A stretch of DNA of 24,604 nucleotides from a virus (Duplodnaviria > Caudoviricetes). A model generated the notes under the pieces. The model was not told the DNA's origin. It worked only from the letters and a program-made list of their open reading frames with translations, and ran no database searches. The stretch covers positions 1 through 24,604 of IMG/VR virus record IMGVR_UViG_3300021959_006711; one strand, given 5' to 3'. Position numbers and translations under genes: made by a program. Of the stretch, positions 1 through 7,330 are shown in pieces. How positions within the stretch are numbered: the first letter of the stretch is position 1; each line of letters begins with the position of its first letter.

Positions 1-2
1 AG

Positions 3-587
3 TTGAGCAACACGAAGTATCACTCCAGTCTTCAGTCTTGCCACATTGCGGAAACCCAGTGTTCTATTATTTAGAGTAGCACTGGCACAGAACGCTGATA
101 GACGAAGCAGGGCAAACTGATAGCCTCTTGGCACGGTGTAGATACTTGCTTGATTTTTGCCTGTGCCTGCGGCAATACGAGCATAGGTCACAGTGTTGCC
201 TGCGTTGGTTAAGTTGATGTCGTTGTCTGGGTCGCCATATGCTCCGCCTGGTGTGGCAACTGTAACCAAATCATTTATTCTTAGGTATTCTTTCTGTGTT
301 GTTTGTGTGACAGGCGTTGCTGTGAGTGTGACGGTTTCCTGTATCTCATCATAGTTAGCATCAAGCCCTTTGATTAGGATTGTGTAGCCTGCGTCTGCTG
401 TGTTCCAGCGTAGTGTCATTGTGGTAGCGGCTGTTGGATAAGGATATTGTTCTGCCAGTTCCCAGGCTGGGATAAAGGTTGTGCCAATGGCCTCATTGTA
501 TCCAAAGATGTTGCGGGGTGAGTTGCCTGTACTCTTACCCAGTGCCACAGCCGAATGCCAATCAATGTAATTACGATTGCCTGCCAT
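3..587 (-). CDS. Hypothetical phage protein, probably virion-associated (partial, runs off the window start)
   Basis: Not in the ORF track. ATG at 587 overlaps the TAA of the upstream gene (TAATG). Open frame MAGNRNYIDWHSAVALGKSTG...NIFGYNEAIGTTFIPAWE...IKGLDANYDEIQETVTL...YLRINDL...QASIYTVPRGY; Thr/Ala/Gly-rich, beta-strand-like. Confidence 0.75.
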   Translation of the reverse strand, partial: MAGNRNYIDWHSAVALGKSTGNSPRNIFGYNEAIGTTFIPAWELAEQYPYPTAATTMTLRWNTADAGYTILIKGLDANYDEIQETVTLTATPVTQTTQKEYLRINDLVTVATPGGAYGDPDNDINLTNAGNTVTYARIAAGTGKNQASIYTVPRGYQFALLRLSAFCASATLNNRTLGFRNVARLKTGVILRVAQ

Positions 588-1066
588 TAGTTCCAAGGTC
601 TCCCAGGCTCTAGTCCACCAACATTGGGATTGTCAACTACATTGTTTGTATCGTTGTCCTGATATTGTGTTGGAAGTTCTGTAATATCAAATGTATAATC
701 TGTATTACCGCCTGGTGTTGCTTGTCTTTTAACACTTGCTATGCGAAGTTTACGATCCTGTCTAACGTCTTTGGTATTTGTAGTTGTTAGATTCTTTTTG
801 TCATCAATACAGATAATAGTATCGCCATTAACTAGTCCTAAATTTCCTACCCCAACAGCAATAGGATCACTGCCGTTAGCAACATCTGTAATACTAGTGT
901 CACGCTCTAGTGCTATGTCATAGTCATTGTTTGTTAGCACTCCTAATGTAGGATCTTCGTCAGCAATTATAAGAGTAATAAGGCTAACAAATGTAGCAGT
1001 ATCTGCCGCAGTAATTGTTCCACGCTTGCCTGTTAGTCCTTTGTAGTTTAGTGTGATATTTGCCAT
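587..1066 (-). CDS. Hypothetical protein with ubiquitin-like (beta-grasp) N-terminal domain and a C-terminal 'DITELPTQY..DNPNVGGL..GRPW' motif
   Basis: 159-aa ORF, RBS GGAG upstream, coupled to both neighbours. ITLNYKGLTGKRGTI and LGLVNGDTIICI resemble the ubiquitin strand patterns. Confidence 0.6.
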   Translation of the reverse strand: MANITLNYKGLTGKRGTITAADTATFVSLITLIIADEDPTLGVLTNNDYDIALERDTSITDVANGSDPIAVGVGNLGLVNGDTIICIDDKKNLTTTNTKDVRQDRKLRIASVKRQATPGGNTDYTFDITELPTQYQDNDTNNVVDNPNVGGLEPGRPWN

Positions 1067-1428
1067 TATTCAGTCTCCTTGTTCATTGTGTCAATCATGT
1101 CACCGTGTGGATCTTGACTGCTCTGTTGTAGTTCATTGTAATAGTCTCGGAAACCTTTGTACTCTGGATACATGCCAACTGTGCTGGCTCTGATGTCAGC
1201 AGGATGTTTGGCATAATTGATTCCACCACCTGCTTTGGTTGTGACTGCATCCACATCTGCATATTTTTCGTCTGGTGAATTTGAATACTGTGTGTCTGAC
1301 TTTTTGTCAAGATCATCAATCTGTCTGAATCTATTTGCATCAGTGTAGCCTGGTGACTGTTCTTTGTCAGCAATCTTATCCTGCTGTATCACTTTTAAAA
1401 TTTTTTTAATTAATTCTACTGGATCCAT
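1066..1428 (-). CDS. Hypothetical protein (120 aa, MDPVELIKKILKVIQ...)
   Basis: Start moved from 1527 to the ATG at 1428, which overlaps the TAA of the upstream gene (TAATG coupling). Confidence 0.7.
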   Translation of the reverse strand: MDPVELIKKILKVIQQDKIADKEQSPGYTDANRFRQIDDLDKKSDTQYSNSPDEKYADVDAVTTKAGGGINYAKHPADIRASTVGMYPEYKGFRDYYNELQQSSQDPHGDMIDTMNKETE

Positions 1429-2855
1429 TATGCTACCTCTATTGAAACATTTCCTGAAGGCGGTTGCGTCATTGATGCTTTTGATTTTATTATCACCCCA
1501 CCGGTTTTTAATTCTTTGTTGGGCCATGTCACATTAGTGAACCATTCACCTGCTTTGTTGATACTGTTTCCAACTTTGATAAAGTTTTGCTGTAAACATT
1601 CTCTAATAAACGGTTCAAAGTTAGGCATTGCCACTTTGTCTTTGTTAATTTCTTTTGATACAATTTGCAGTAGTAGATAATTCAAAATGTTGGCAACCGA
1701 ATAACCTTTTTCTAAATTTTGTTCTGCTTTGCTACTGACATAAATCTTACGCACATTGTTCAATATTTTTTTGAATTTAGGAAACTTGTTAATATCTTTT
1801 ATGGTTGGATTTGCTTTAAAGAATGCAGTAATTTCTTCATCACTCACATCTACACCCACTGCGGCACAATCAGAACTGCCATTAGCACCTAAATAATTCA
1901 TCACTCTGTACGGATTGTGTGTGGATTGGTTTCCTGTTTTTTCAGTCACAATTTTCATAAATCCGAGTTCTACTTTGTTTTGGGCATTTTGTTCGATAGA
2001 CTTTGGCACTTCAACATTTGTCAAACTGAAAGCCGCACCCTTTCCTGATTTACCACCCTTGGTGGATATCATCACAGAGTTTCCTGTGGTTTCATTTTTG
2101 AAAGATGCAACAACTCCCAGTGTATCTGCTAACCCAAAAGTTTTTCCCGCTGGGAAGTTGACCTTCATTTGTTCTATTGGAGAACCGATATGATCGACGA
2201 ATGCTTCTCTGGCTCCGCTAACCCAGTTGGCTTTGCCATTTAGCATCATCAATATGCCAATGTACTCACCAGCATTGTCTCTAAAATTTTCTATGCCACC
2301 ATCGTACATTGAAAAATCTGGCACTTTGGGAGACCCACTCACAGTGGGAATAGTTTTTACAAACTCTATAATTTTTTGACCAAATTCATTGTTTTTTAAA
2401 TTTGAATTTATGACTGCTTTGTACAGTTGATCTTTTGTAAAATCTTTGCCTTCCAGTCCTACATCTGACGGTTGTGTTTTGTAAGACACTTTGCCTCCAC
2501 CCTGGCCTTCATAATCTGGCTGTTGTCCTCCGAATTCTTTGGTTTTCATCAGAGGACCTGATGATTGTGTAAACACCAAAGGGCCTTGATCGCTTTGTAG
2601 TGTAAGTGTTGGCTTCTTTCCTTTAGGTGCTTCTAAATATTGTTTTACCCATGCATCAAACTTTTGCACTGCTTGTGGCTCTGTAATTTTTACAGGCTTG
2701 CCGTTTTCATGTGTAAATAATCCACCTTTTTCTAATTTGTCTCTAAAAACAGGTATTCTATTTTTGTTTGGATCGTTAATATATGCAGTCAATGTGTTGC
2801 CACTCAGGAACGCTTTGGTTGATCCCTCTAAGATTTTAAATTCTCTATAACGCAT
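1428..2855 (-). CDS. Large hypothetical protein, possibly an internal virion protein with a PD-(D/E)XK-like fold
   Basis: Start moved to MRYREFKILE (ATG 2855), 5 nt downstream of a TAAATA motif. Contains GEY...FP..(T)FGLADT...MISTKGG. Confidence 0.7.
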   Translation of the reverse strand: MRYREFKILEGSTKAFLSGNTLTAYINDPNKNRIPVFRDKLEKGGLFTHENGKPVKITEPQAVQKFDAWVKQYLEAPKGKKPTLTLQSDQGPLVFTQSSGPLMKTKEFGGQQPDYEGQGGGKVSYKTQPSDVGLEGKDFTKDQLYKAVINSNLKNNEFGQKIIEFVKTIPTVSGSPKVPDFSMYDGGIENFRDNAGEYIGILMMLNGKANWVSGAREAFVDHIGSPIEQMKVNFPAGKTFGLADTLGVVASFKNETTGNSVMISTKGGKSGKGAAFSLTNVEVPKSIEQNAQNKVELGFMKIVTEKTGNQSTHNPYRVMNYLGANGSSDCAAVGVDVSDEEITAFFKANPTIKDINKFPKFKKILNNVRKIYVSSKAEQNLEKGYSVANILNYLLLQIVSKEINKDKVAMPNFEPFIRECLQQNFIKVGNSINKAGEWFTNVTWPNKELKTGGVIIKSKASMTQPPSGNVSIEVA

Positions 2856-2860
2856 ATGGA

Positions 2861-2881
2861 TATTTATCGAATAGGTAAATA
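2861..2881. promoter_or_regulatory. Divergent pair of TAAATA late-promoter-like motifs
   Basis: TAAATA on - strand at 2861-2866 (upstream of ATG 2855) and on + strand at 2876-2881 (upstream of ATG 2892); matches the core of the T4 late promoter TATAAATA. Confidence 0.5.
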
Positions 2882-2891
2882 TGCATTTAGT

Positions 2892-3155
2892 ATGCGATCC
2901 ACTCGACAAACTAAAAAAACAATCAGACACACGCTGGATGGAGACAGTGCATTTGCCGAGGTAGAATTGGTGCGATTCATGGATAAAGCACTGGTCTCGC
3001 CCTGTAAAAAATATGTGATTAAAGTCAATTTAGAAAGATGGACTGACAGAGCATGTAAACATTGGGAAGGCATAATACACAAAGAGCCTCATTGGAAAAA
3101 TCTTAATTTTAAGTATTTGAAGAAAAGTAAAACTTTTAGATTTGAGAAGTGTTAA
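2892..3155 (+). CDS. Hypothetical protein (87 aa, MRSTRQTKK...)
   Basis: Part of ORF 2856..3155; ATG 2892 follows TAAATA; fills the gap between two - strand genes. Confidence 0.55.
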   Translation: MRSTRQTKKTIRHTLDGDSAFAEVELVRFMDKALVSPCKKYVIKVNLERWTDRACKHWEGIIHKEPHWKNLNFKYLKKSKTFRFEKC

Positions 3156-3411
3156 AGCCTTTTATCGGCTTATAGGAATAAATTTCTCCTTCGAGACGTA
3201 ACTCAATATTTTTTGGAACCCAGTTTTTGGGAGGAGTTTCCATATCTTTATAATCTATTTTATTCCATAATATTTCAAATATTGATTCGGCAGAGTCTTC
3301 TTCATCTGCAAAGTGTTCTGCGTCCACCCAAACTTTTTCTCTGTTGTACTCTAAAAATCTTTGGTGATCCCAGTACGCTTTTAAATCTTCATATTTTTCT
3401 TTTGATATCAT
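3136..3411 (-). CDS. Hypothetical protein (91 aa, MISKEKYEDLKAYWD...)
   Basis: ATG 3411 lies 4 nt after the stop of the upstream gene; protein-like composition. Confidence 0.65.
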   Translation of the reverse strand: MISKEKYEDLKAYWDHQRFLEYNREKVWVDAEHFADEEDSAESIFEILWNKIDYKDMETPPKNWVPKNIELRLEGEIYSYKPIKGFNTSQI

Positions 3412-3415
3412 ACAA

Positions 3416-3757
3416 TTATTTAGACTCATCTTGCACTTCATTGTCTGACTGTTTAACTAACGTTTTTGGTTTAGCACAAGGCATTCCACACCTATCAAAC
3501 CATCTGCCATCAGCAGTTTCATACACGTGATTGAAAAAGTTATTTCCATCTATGCCTTTTTCTGTGATTCTTCTTTTGTCTATTTTTCCTCTATAGGTAG
3601 AACCATCAGCATTGACCAAATGCACCTTGCCATTTATATCTCCGTATATTCTGTCTTTGCCTAAATTACTTGCTATAGGACCTGTAACAGTTTCTTCAGG
3701 TTCTTTCTGTGTGATTGCTTTTAAATTTTCTAATATTTGTTTTGATTTTTCGCTCAT
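3416..3757 (-). CDS. Hypothetical protein (113 aa)
   Basis: ORF tightly packed in the - strand operon. Confidence 0.7.
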   Translation of the reverse strand: MSEKSKQILENLKAITQKEPEETVTGPIASNLGKDRIYGDINGKVHLVNADGSTYRGKIDKRRITEKGIDGNNFFNHVYETADGRWFDRCGMPCAKPKTLVKQSDNEVQDESK

Positions 3758-3758
3758 G

Positions 3759-4298
3759 TTAATACCACATATCCGCCGCCACTATATAACGATCTTGTTT
3801 TGATTTTAATATTCCAGGTCGGTGCCAATAGTGACTCGGGTAAATTACCCATTGACCGATCCTTGGAGGTTCCATGTGCCTGTCTTTGCCTTCTGGTCCT
3901 TGCATGGCAAATTCTGTGCCACACTCATCCAACACTTCAGGTAGATGCACATAGAACACTCCGCTGAGTGATTGCACCTGTTTGTTGTGATGATGGTGAT
4001 GCCAAAGATTGTCTCTGGCTTCCTCATGCTTCAGTGAAGTCTGGTAACTCCAACTTTGCACATTTTTGATTTGAAGTTCTTTGCCTGCATACATGAAACA
4101 GCTCATAATAAAACTCATTTTAAGTTTCATCCAGTGTGCACCAGGCTCACCCAATATATTCACATTGGTTTGAAATTTTGGTGAGTTAGTAAAATATTTT
4201 CCTTGCTCTATGAGATTGGACACATCAGCACACATATGATTTCTGTCAGCATCGCTGATGTGTTGATTCCAATCATACCATTTTAAATCTGGTTTCAT
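3759..4298 (-). CDS. Putative 2OG-Fe(II) oxygenase
   Basis: WHHH (HxH-type metal ligands), LSGVFYVHLP, GTEF, G.WVIYPS...HRP and RYIVAAD follow the DSBH 2OG-oxygenase motif order. Confidence 0.8.
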   Translation of the reverse strand: MKPDLKWYDWNQHISDADRNHMCADVSNLIEQGKYFTNSPKFQTNVNILGEPGAHWMKLKMSFIMSCFMYAGKELQIKNVQSWSYQTSLKHEEARDNLWHHHHHNKQVQSLSGVFYVHLPEVLDECGTEFAMQGPEGKDRHMEPPRIGQWVIYPSHYWHRPGILKSKQDRYIVAADMWY

Positions 4299-4541
4299 CT
4301 ATTTCTTCATGCTCAAGTCGTCCAGCATTCTTTCTTTTTTTCTGTTGTAAGAGTCATTGGCCATTGTGATCATCATGGATATCAAAAACCAAATACCCAA
4401 AGTCGCCAAATACAAATATATGTCTGTTTTAATCAACAACACAAGACTTGCCAACACAGCACTGATTAATATTTGTTTCCAAAACATCAAAATTGGACTC
4501 ACCAATAACTCATGCAATATGAATTTAATTCTGTAATACAT
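4299..4541 (-). CDS. Small membrane protein (80 aa, two hydrophobic segments)
   Basis: ATG 4541 with strong RBS AAGGAGG; hydrophobic ILISAVLASLVLLI and LYLATLGIWFLISMMI followed by a charged tail. Confidence 0.7.
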   Translation of the reverse strand: MYYRIKFILHELLVSPILMFWKQILISAVLASLVLLIKTDIYLYLATLGIWFLISMMITMANDSYNRKKERMLDDLSMKK

Positions 4542-4563
4542 ATGTGTCCTCCTTAATTCTAAC

Positions 4564-4592
4564 AGTATAGCACAATGAAAATGCTTTGTCAA
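4564..4592 (-). promoter_or_regulatory. sigma70-type promoter with extended -10
   Basis: TTGACA (4592-4587), 17 bp, TATACT (4569-4564), TG in the extended -10 position. Confidence 0.75.
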
Positions 4593-4643
4593 TACCAGAA
4601 ATTATAGTACCATTTAATAAATACTTCAAAACAAGGAGACTTT

Positions 4644-4895
4644 ATGGCTAAGATGAGAACATTCCATTTTTGGAATGAAGCAGGTGATGAAAAGGACACA
4701 GAACAATTGAGTTTATCAAGAGCAGTAAAATCTGTTCAAGGAGATTTTAAAGATTCAGTCATTGGAGTCAGATACATCACTAAAAGAGGTAAGGAAATTG
4801 AAGACGCAATCAAATTACCCTGGGGACGAAAAGTTAGACAAGCAATCGAAACTGAAAAGAAAAGAGCCGCATTGAAGGCTAAACAGCAAAGGTAA
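4644..4895 (+). CDS. Hypothetical basic protein (83 aa)
   Basis: RBS AAGGAG at 4633-4638; TAAATA at 4618-4623. Confidence 0.75.
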   Translation: MAKMRTFHFWNEAGDEKDTEQLSLSRAVKSVQGDFKDSVIGVRYITKRGKEIEDAIKLPWGRKVRQAIETEKKRAALKAKQQR

Positions 4896-4898
4896 ACC

Positions 4899-5045
4899 AT
4901 GGCAAAACTAGCGAAATCGTACATAGCTCACGTGAGCACGCCTAAAAAGACCAGCCAGGCTGGTAAAAAAAGCAAGTGCAAAATGAGTTCTATGAACAAA
5001 TCAAAAAAACGCAGTCTTAAATTTAACGTAGGACAAGGAAAATAA
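4899..5045 (+). CDS. Small, very basic protein (48 aa) MAKLAKSYIAHVSTPKKTSQAGKKSKCKMSSMNKSKKRSLKFNVGQGK
   Basis: Not in the ORF track; translated by hand. The PKKTSQ...SSMNK.KKRS.K...GQGK pattern resembles a small basic protein family recalled from T4-like marine phages. Confidence 0.7.
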   Translation: MAKLAKSYIAHVSTPKKTSQAGKKSKCKMSSMNKSKKRSLKFNVGQGK

Positions 5046-5070
5046 AAGTTAAACTGATTTTGTACAAACT

Positions 5071-5934
5071 ATGTCTGACATTGTTAAAGTAGGATCAAGA
5101 CAATCGCCTTTGGCTGTCATTCAGGCAGAACACGCCATTTCAAAAATAGATTACCCTGCAGAATTGATCACCATGTTGGCAGAAGCCGATCTGGATCTTT
5201 CAAGACCTGTGCATGAAATGGGAGGTAAAGGCATGTTCTGCACCAAGTTGGAACAGGCATTGTTATCAAACAGAATTGATTGTGCTGTACACAGTGCCAA
5301 AGATTGTGCCACTCAGGAAACTGCGGGCACCGATTTATTGGGAGTGATCTACACAGGTGATTCTAGAGATTGTGTTATTGGAGATTATTCTTTGCATGAT
5401 TTACCAGCAGGATCAAGAATAGGAACATCAGCACCCAGAAGAACAGAAGCCATAAAAATCATTCGACCTGATTGCACAGTGTTGCCTATCAGAGGCAACA
5501 TCAACACCAGACTGAACAAATGGAAAGCAGGTGAAGTGGATGCACTTGTTTTGGGACAGAGTGTGATAGACAGAATGAAACTGAATGTGCCTCATCACAC
5601 CGTGGATCAAGATGTTATTCTGCCAGCCGCGGGAGCAGGCAAAGTTGTAATACAAATACGATCCAATGATTCCACAGCCAAAGCAACTTGGTATCCTGCT
5701 GTGGATTTTTCTGCCACTCAGGAGTTATGGATCGAGCGAGGAGTGTTGCGAGCAATTGATGGTGATTGTCACACTGCTGTGGGACTCAAGGCTAGCGTGG
5801 ACACTCACAACGATGATTTACAATTGGAAGCAATGAGTGTGCAAAACGATCAATTAAAATTTTTTAAACTGCAAGGAGCATTATCAGATGCACCAGCCAT
5901 GATGGAAGAAATGAGTATCAAAATACTGGCTTGA
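5071..5934 (+). CDS. hemC: Porphobilinogen deaminase (hydroxymethylbilane synthase)
   Basis: GSRQSPLA, GGKGMF, DCAVHSAKD, IGTSAPRR, IRGNINTRL, LPAAGAG and ERGVLRAIDGDCHTAVG (Cys for the dipyrromethane cofactor). Confidence 0.95.
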   Translation: MSDIVKVGSRQSPLAVIQAEHAISKIDYPAELITMLAEADLDLSRPVHEMGGKGMFCTKLEQALLSNRIDCAVHSAKDCATQETAGTDLLGVIYTGDSRDCVIGDYSLHDLPAGSRIGTSAPRRTEAIKIIRPDCTVLPIRGNINTRLNKWKAGEVDALVLGQSVIDRMKLNVPHHTVDQDVILPAAGAGKVVIQIRSNDSTAKATWYPAVDFSATQELWIERGVLRAIDGDCHTAVGLKASVDTHNDDLQLEAMSVQNDQLKFFKLQGALSDAPAMMEEMSIKILA

Positions 5935-5959
5935 CATTCAAGTAAATACACTGTAATAT
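5931..5959 (+). promoter_or_regulatory. sigma70-type promoter upstream of the riboswitch
   Basis: TTGACA 5931-5936 (overlaps the hemC stop), 17 bp, TAATAT 5954-5959. TAAATA motifs also at 5943-5948 and 5992-5997. Confidence 0.6.
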
Positions 5960-6003
5960 AATATTATGTGTTTGTTGCATACCTGATATGCTAAATACAT
6001 ATA

Positions 6004-6046
6004 CGTTCAGGCATCAAGCCCGGAAGTAGGTTATACCGAAGGAACG
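6004..6046 (+). ncRNA. Glutamine riboswitch (glnA RNA motif, glutamine-I class)
   Basis: CGTTC-A-GGC(ATCAA)GCC-CGGAAGTA-GGT(TAT)ACC-GAAG-GAACG: P1 CGUUC/GAACG, P2, conserved GGAAGUA...GAAG E-loop and P3, in the 5' UTR of a small ORF. Confidence 0.85.
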
Positions 6047-6075
6047 CACCTAACACTAACACTGGAGGGTGAAAC

Positions 6076-6270
6076 ATGACAAGACACTCATTTATGCTCA
6101 AGCAGTATGCTGAGCAACAATCACGCAAACGCAAGGAAGGCGTGTTGATGAAAGCAAGACGTGAAGTCGGCATCAACGATAACGGCACTTCAGGCTACGT
6201 GATAAAAAATGGTGCTAACAAGGACAAGATCCTAGCACACAAATCTACCAAATCTACCAACAACTGGTAA
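6076..6270 (+). CDS. Riboswitch-controlled 64-aa basic peptide, similar to glutamine synthetase inactivating factor IF7/IF17
   Basis: RBS GGAGGG at 6064-6069. RKEGVLMKARREVG aligns without gaps to IF7 RQQSMLSRAAAEIG (recalled from memory). Confidence 0.65.
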   Translation: MTRHSFMLKQYAEQQSRKRKEGVLMKARREVGINDNGTSGYVIKNGANKDKILAHKSTKSTNNW

Positions 6271-6293
6271 TATTGGTTGTTCAACAGCATTGA

Positions 6294-6319
6294 TTATTGG
6301 GGGCTAAAACCCCCAATAA
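6294..6319 (+). terminator. Perfect 10-bp hairpin after the peptide gene; likely terminator or 3' stabiliser
   Basis: TTATTGGGGG-CTAAAA-CCCCCAATAA; lacks a clear U-tract on the + strand. Confidence 0.6.
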
Positions 6320-6454
6320 ATGCAGTGTTAACACGTCATATCTGCCCATACACGGGCCTTTAACACAAAATGCACTCACAGTACTCATAGCATATTACTG
6401 GACCAAATATAAGATAAATATTGGTCTTAACAACTCAACAAAGGGAGATAGGCT

Positions 6455-6574
6455 ATGAAGGCAATACTAACCAAAATCACATCCGTGATTGAAAAAATTA
6501 AATCGTTTTTTGTCGGAATGTACAACAGATTGGAAAAATTTGTTGACAGAATCGTCAGCGGTTTAAAACACTAA
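6455..6574 (+). CDS. 39-aa amphipathic peptide MKAILTKITSVIEKIKSFFVGMYNRLEKFVDRIVSGLKH
   Basis: Not in the ORF track. RBS AAGGGAG, and TAAATA at 6415-6420 upstream. Confidence 0.65.
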   Translation: MKAILTKITSVIEKIKSFFVGMYNRLEKFVDRIVSGLKH

Positions 6575-6584
6575 TCTACAGCAA

Positions 6585-7226
6585 CTAAAACTCAATCCAA
6601 GTATTGATGATGTACTTGGCACTGCTTCGGGGCGGATTGCCTCGGTGCAGGTGAGTGTAGTTGCCAGGATAAATCAACAAGGTTCCTTGCACTGCTGGTT
6701 CTAGACGCGAGTAGTATAAAAATTCTGTACCACCGCCCTGCTCCACAGTGTTGAGGAACAGTTGAACATTCAACAGTCTACTGCTGTTTTGGCGACCTTC
6801 CTGTTCCCAGTGCCACACATGATATCCTGAACCCACATCTGTCTTTTGTATTTTAAGTTCATTGATGGACAATGGTGACTGTGTGCGTAAGGATGAAAAT
6901 TTTTCTGAATATATTTCGAAATACTGCCATGCACGTTGTAAAAAATAATCCTGTATCATGGGCACCCCTATAAGGTTCATATCCATCACGCCCGAAGTGA
7001 CCAAACGTGTGGTGTTGACATTTATAGTGTCCTGTATGTGTGCCAGTGATCCATTCAATTGCTGTCTGCTGAAACCAAAACCCATCTGGTCCATCTTTTC
7101 AAAATAGTTAATGGCTTTTTGGCACCACTCCGGTTCGAATGCATTTTCAAATTTGCCCACAAAATTGTCCAACGAGACTTTAAGGTTTTGCGGTAGCGGT
7201 AGATTTTCTTTTGTGTTTTCAGACAT
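6585..7226 (-). CDS. 2OG-Fe(II) oxygenase (prolyl-hydroxylase-like, marine myovirus type)
   Basis: KIQKT..GSGYHVWHWE, RLL..QLFLN, GGGTEFLY, GTLLIYP..YTHLHRGNPP, KYIINTW. Confidence 0.88.
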   Translation of the reverse strand: MSENTKENLPLPQNLKVSLDNFVGKFENAFEPEWCQKAINYFEKMDQMGFGFSRQQLNGSLAHIQDTINVNTTRLVTSGVMDMNLIGVPMIQDYFLQRAWQYFEIYSEKFSSLRTQSPLSINELKIQKTDVGSGYHVWHWEQEGRQNSSRLLNVQLFLNTVEQGGGTEFLYYSRLEPAVQGTLLIYPGNYTHLHRGNPPRSSAKYIINTWIEF

Positions 7227-7275
7227 GCTGTTGTATATATGGGACTCATCAGGCGTCCGCTAAAAAAATGGTTTT

Positions 7276-7330
7276 ACGCTGTCGCGTTTCCGCTTCGCGG
7301 AATTGAATTTTCGGCGCTACCGCATTGCGG
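7276..7330. repeat. GC-rich intergenic cluster of three CGC/GCG-core hairpins
   Basis: ACGC-TGTC-GCGT (7276-7287), TTCCGC-TTC-GCGGAA (7288-7302), CCGC-ATT-GCGG (7320-7330). Confidence 0.65.

Noticed and set aside
3985-4002. Poly-His run (WHHHHH) suggesting a metal-storage or tag-like repeat
   Set aside because: It coincides with the HxH iron-binding motif of the 2OG oxygenase and needs no separate explanation.
5889-5907. TGCACCA resembling an NtrC half-site upstream of the riboswitch promoter
   Set aside because: No matching second half-site, and it lies inside the hemC coding sequence; no NtcA GTA-N8-TAC box was seen either.
6241-6258. Tandem 9-bp duplication AAATCTACC x2
   Set aside because: Only two copies, in frame (KSTKST); not an array or CRISPR.
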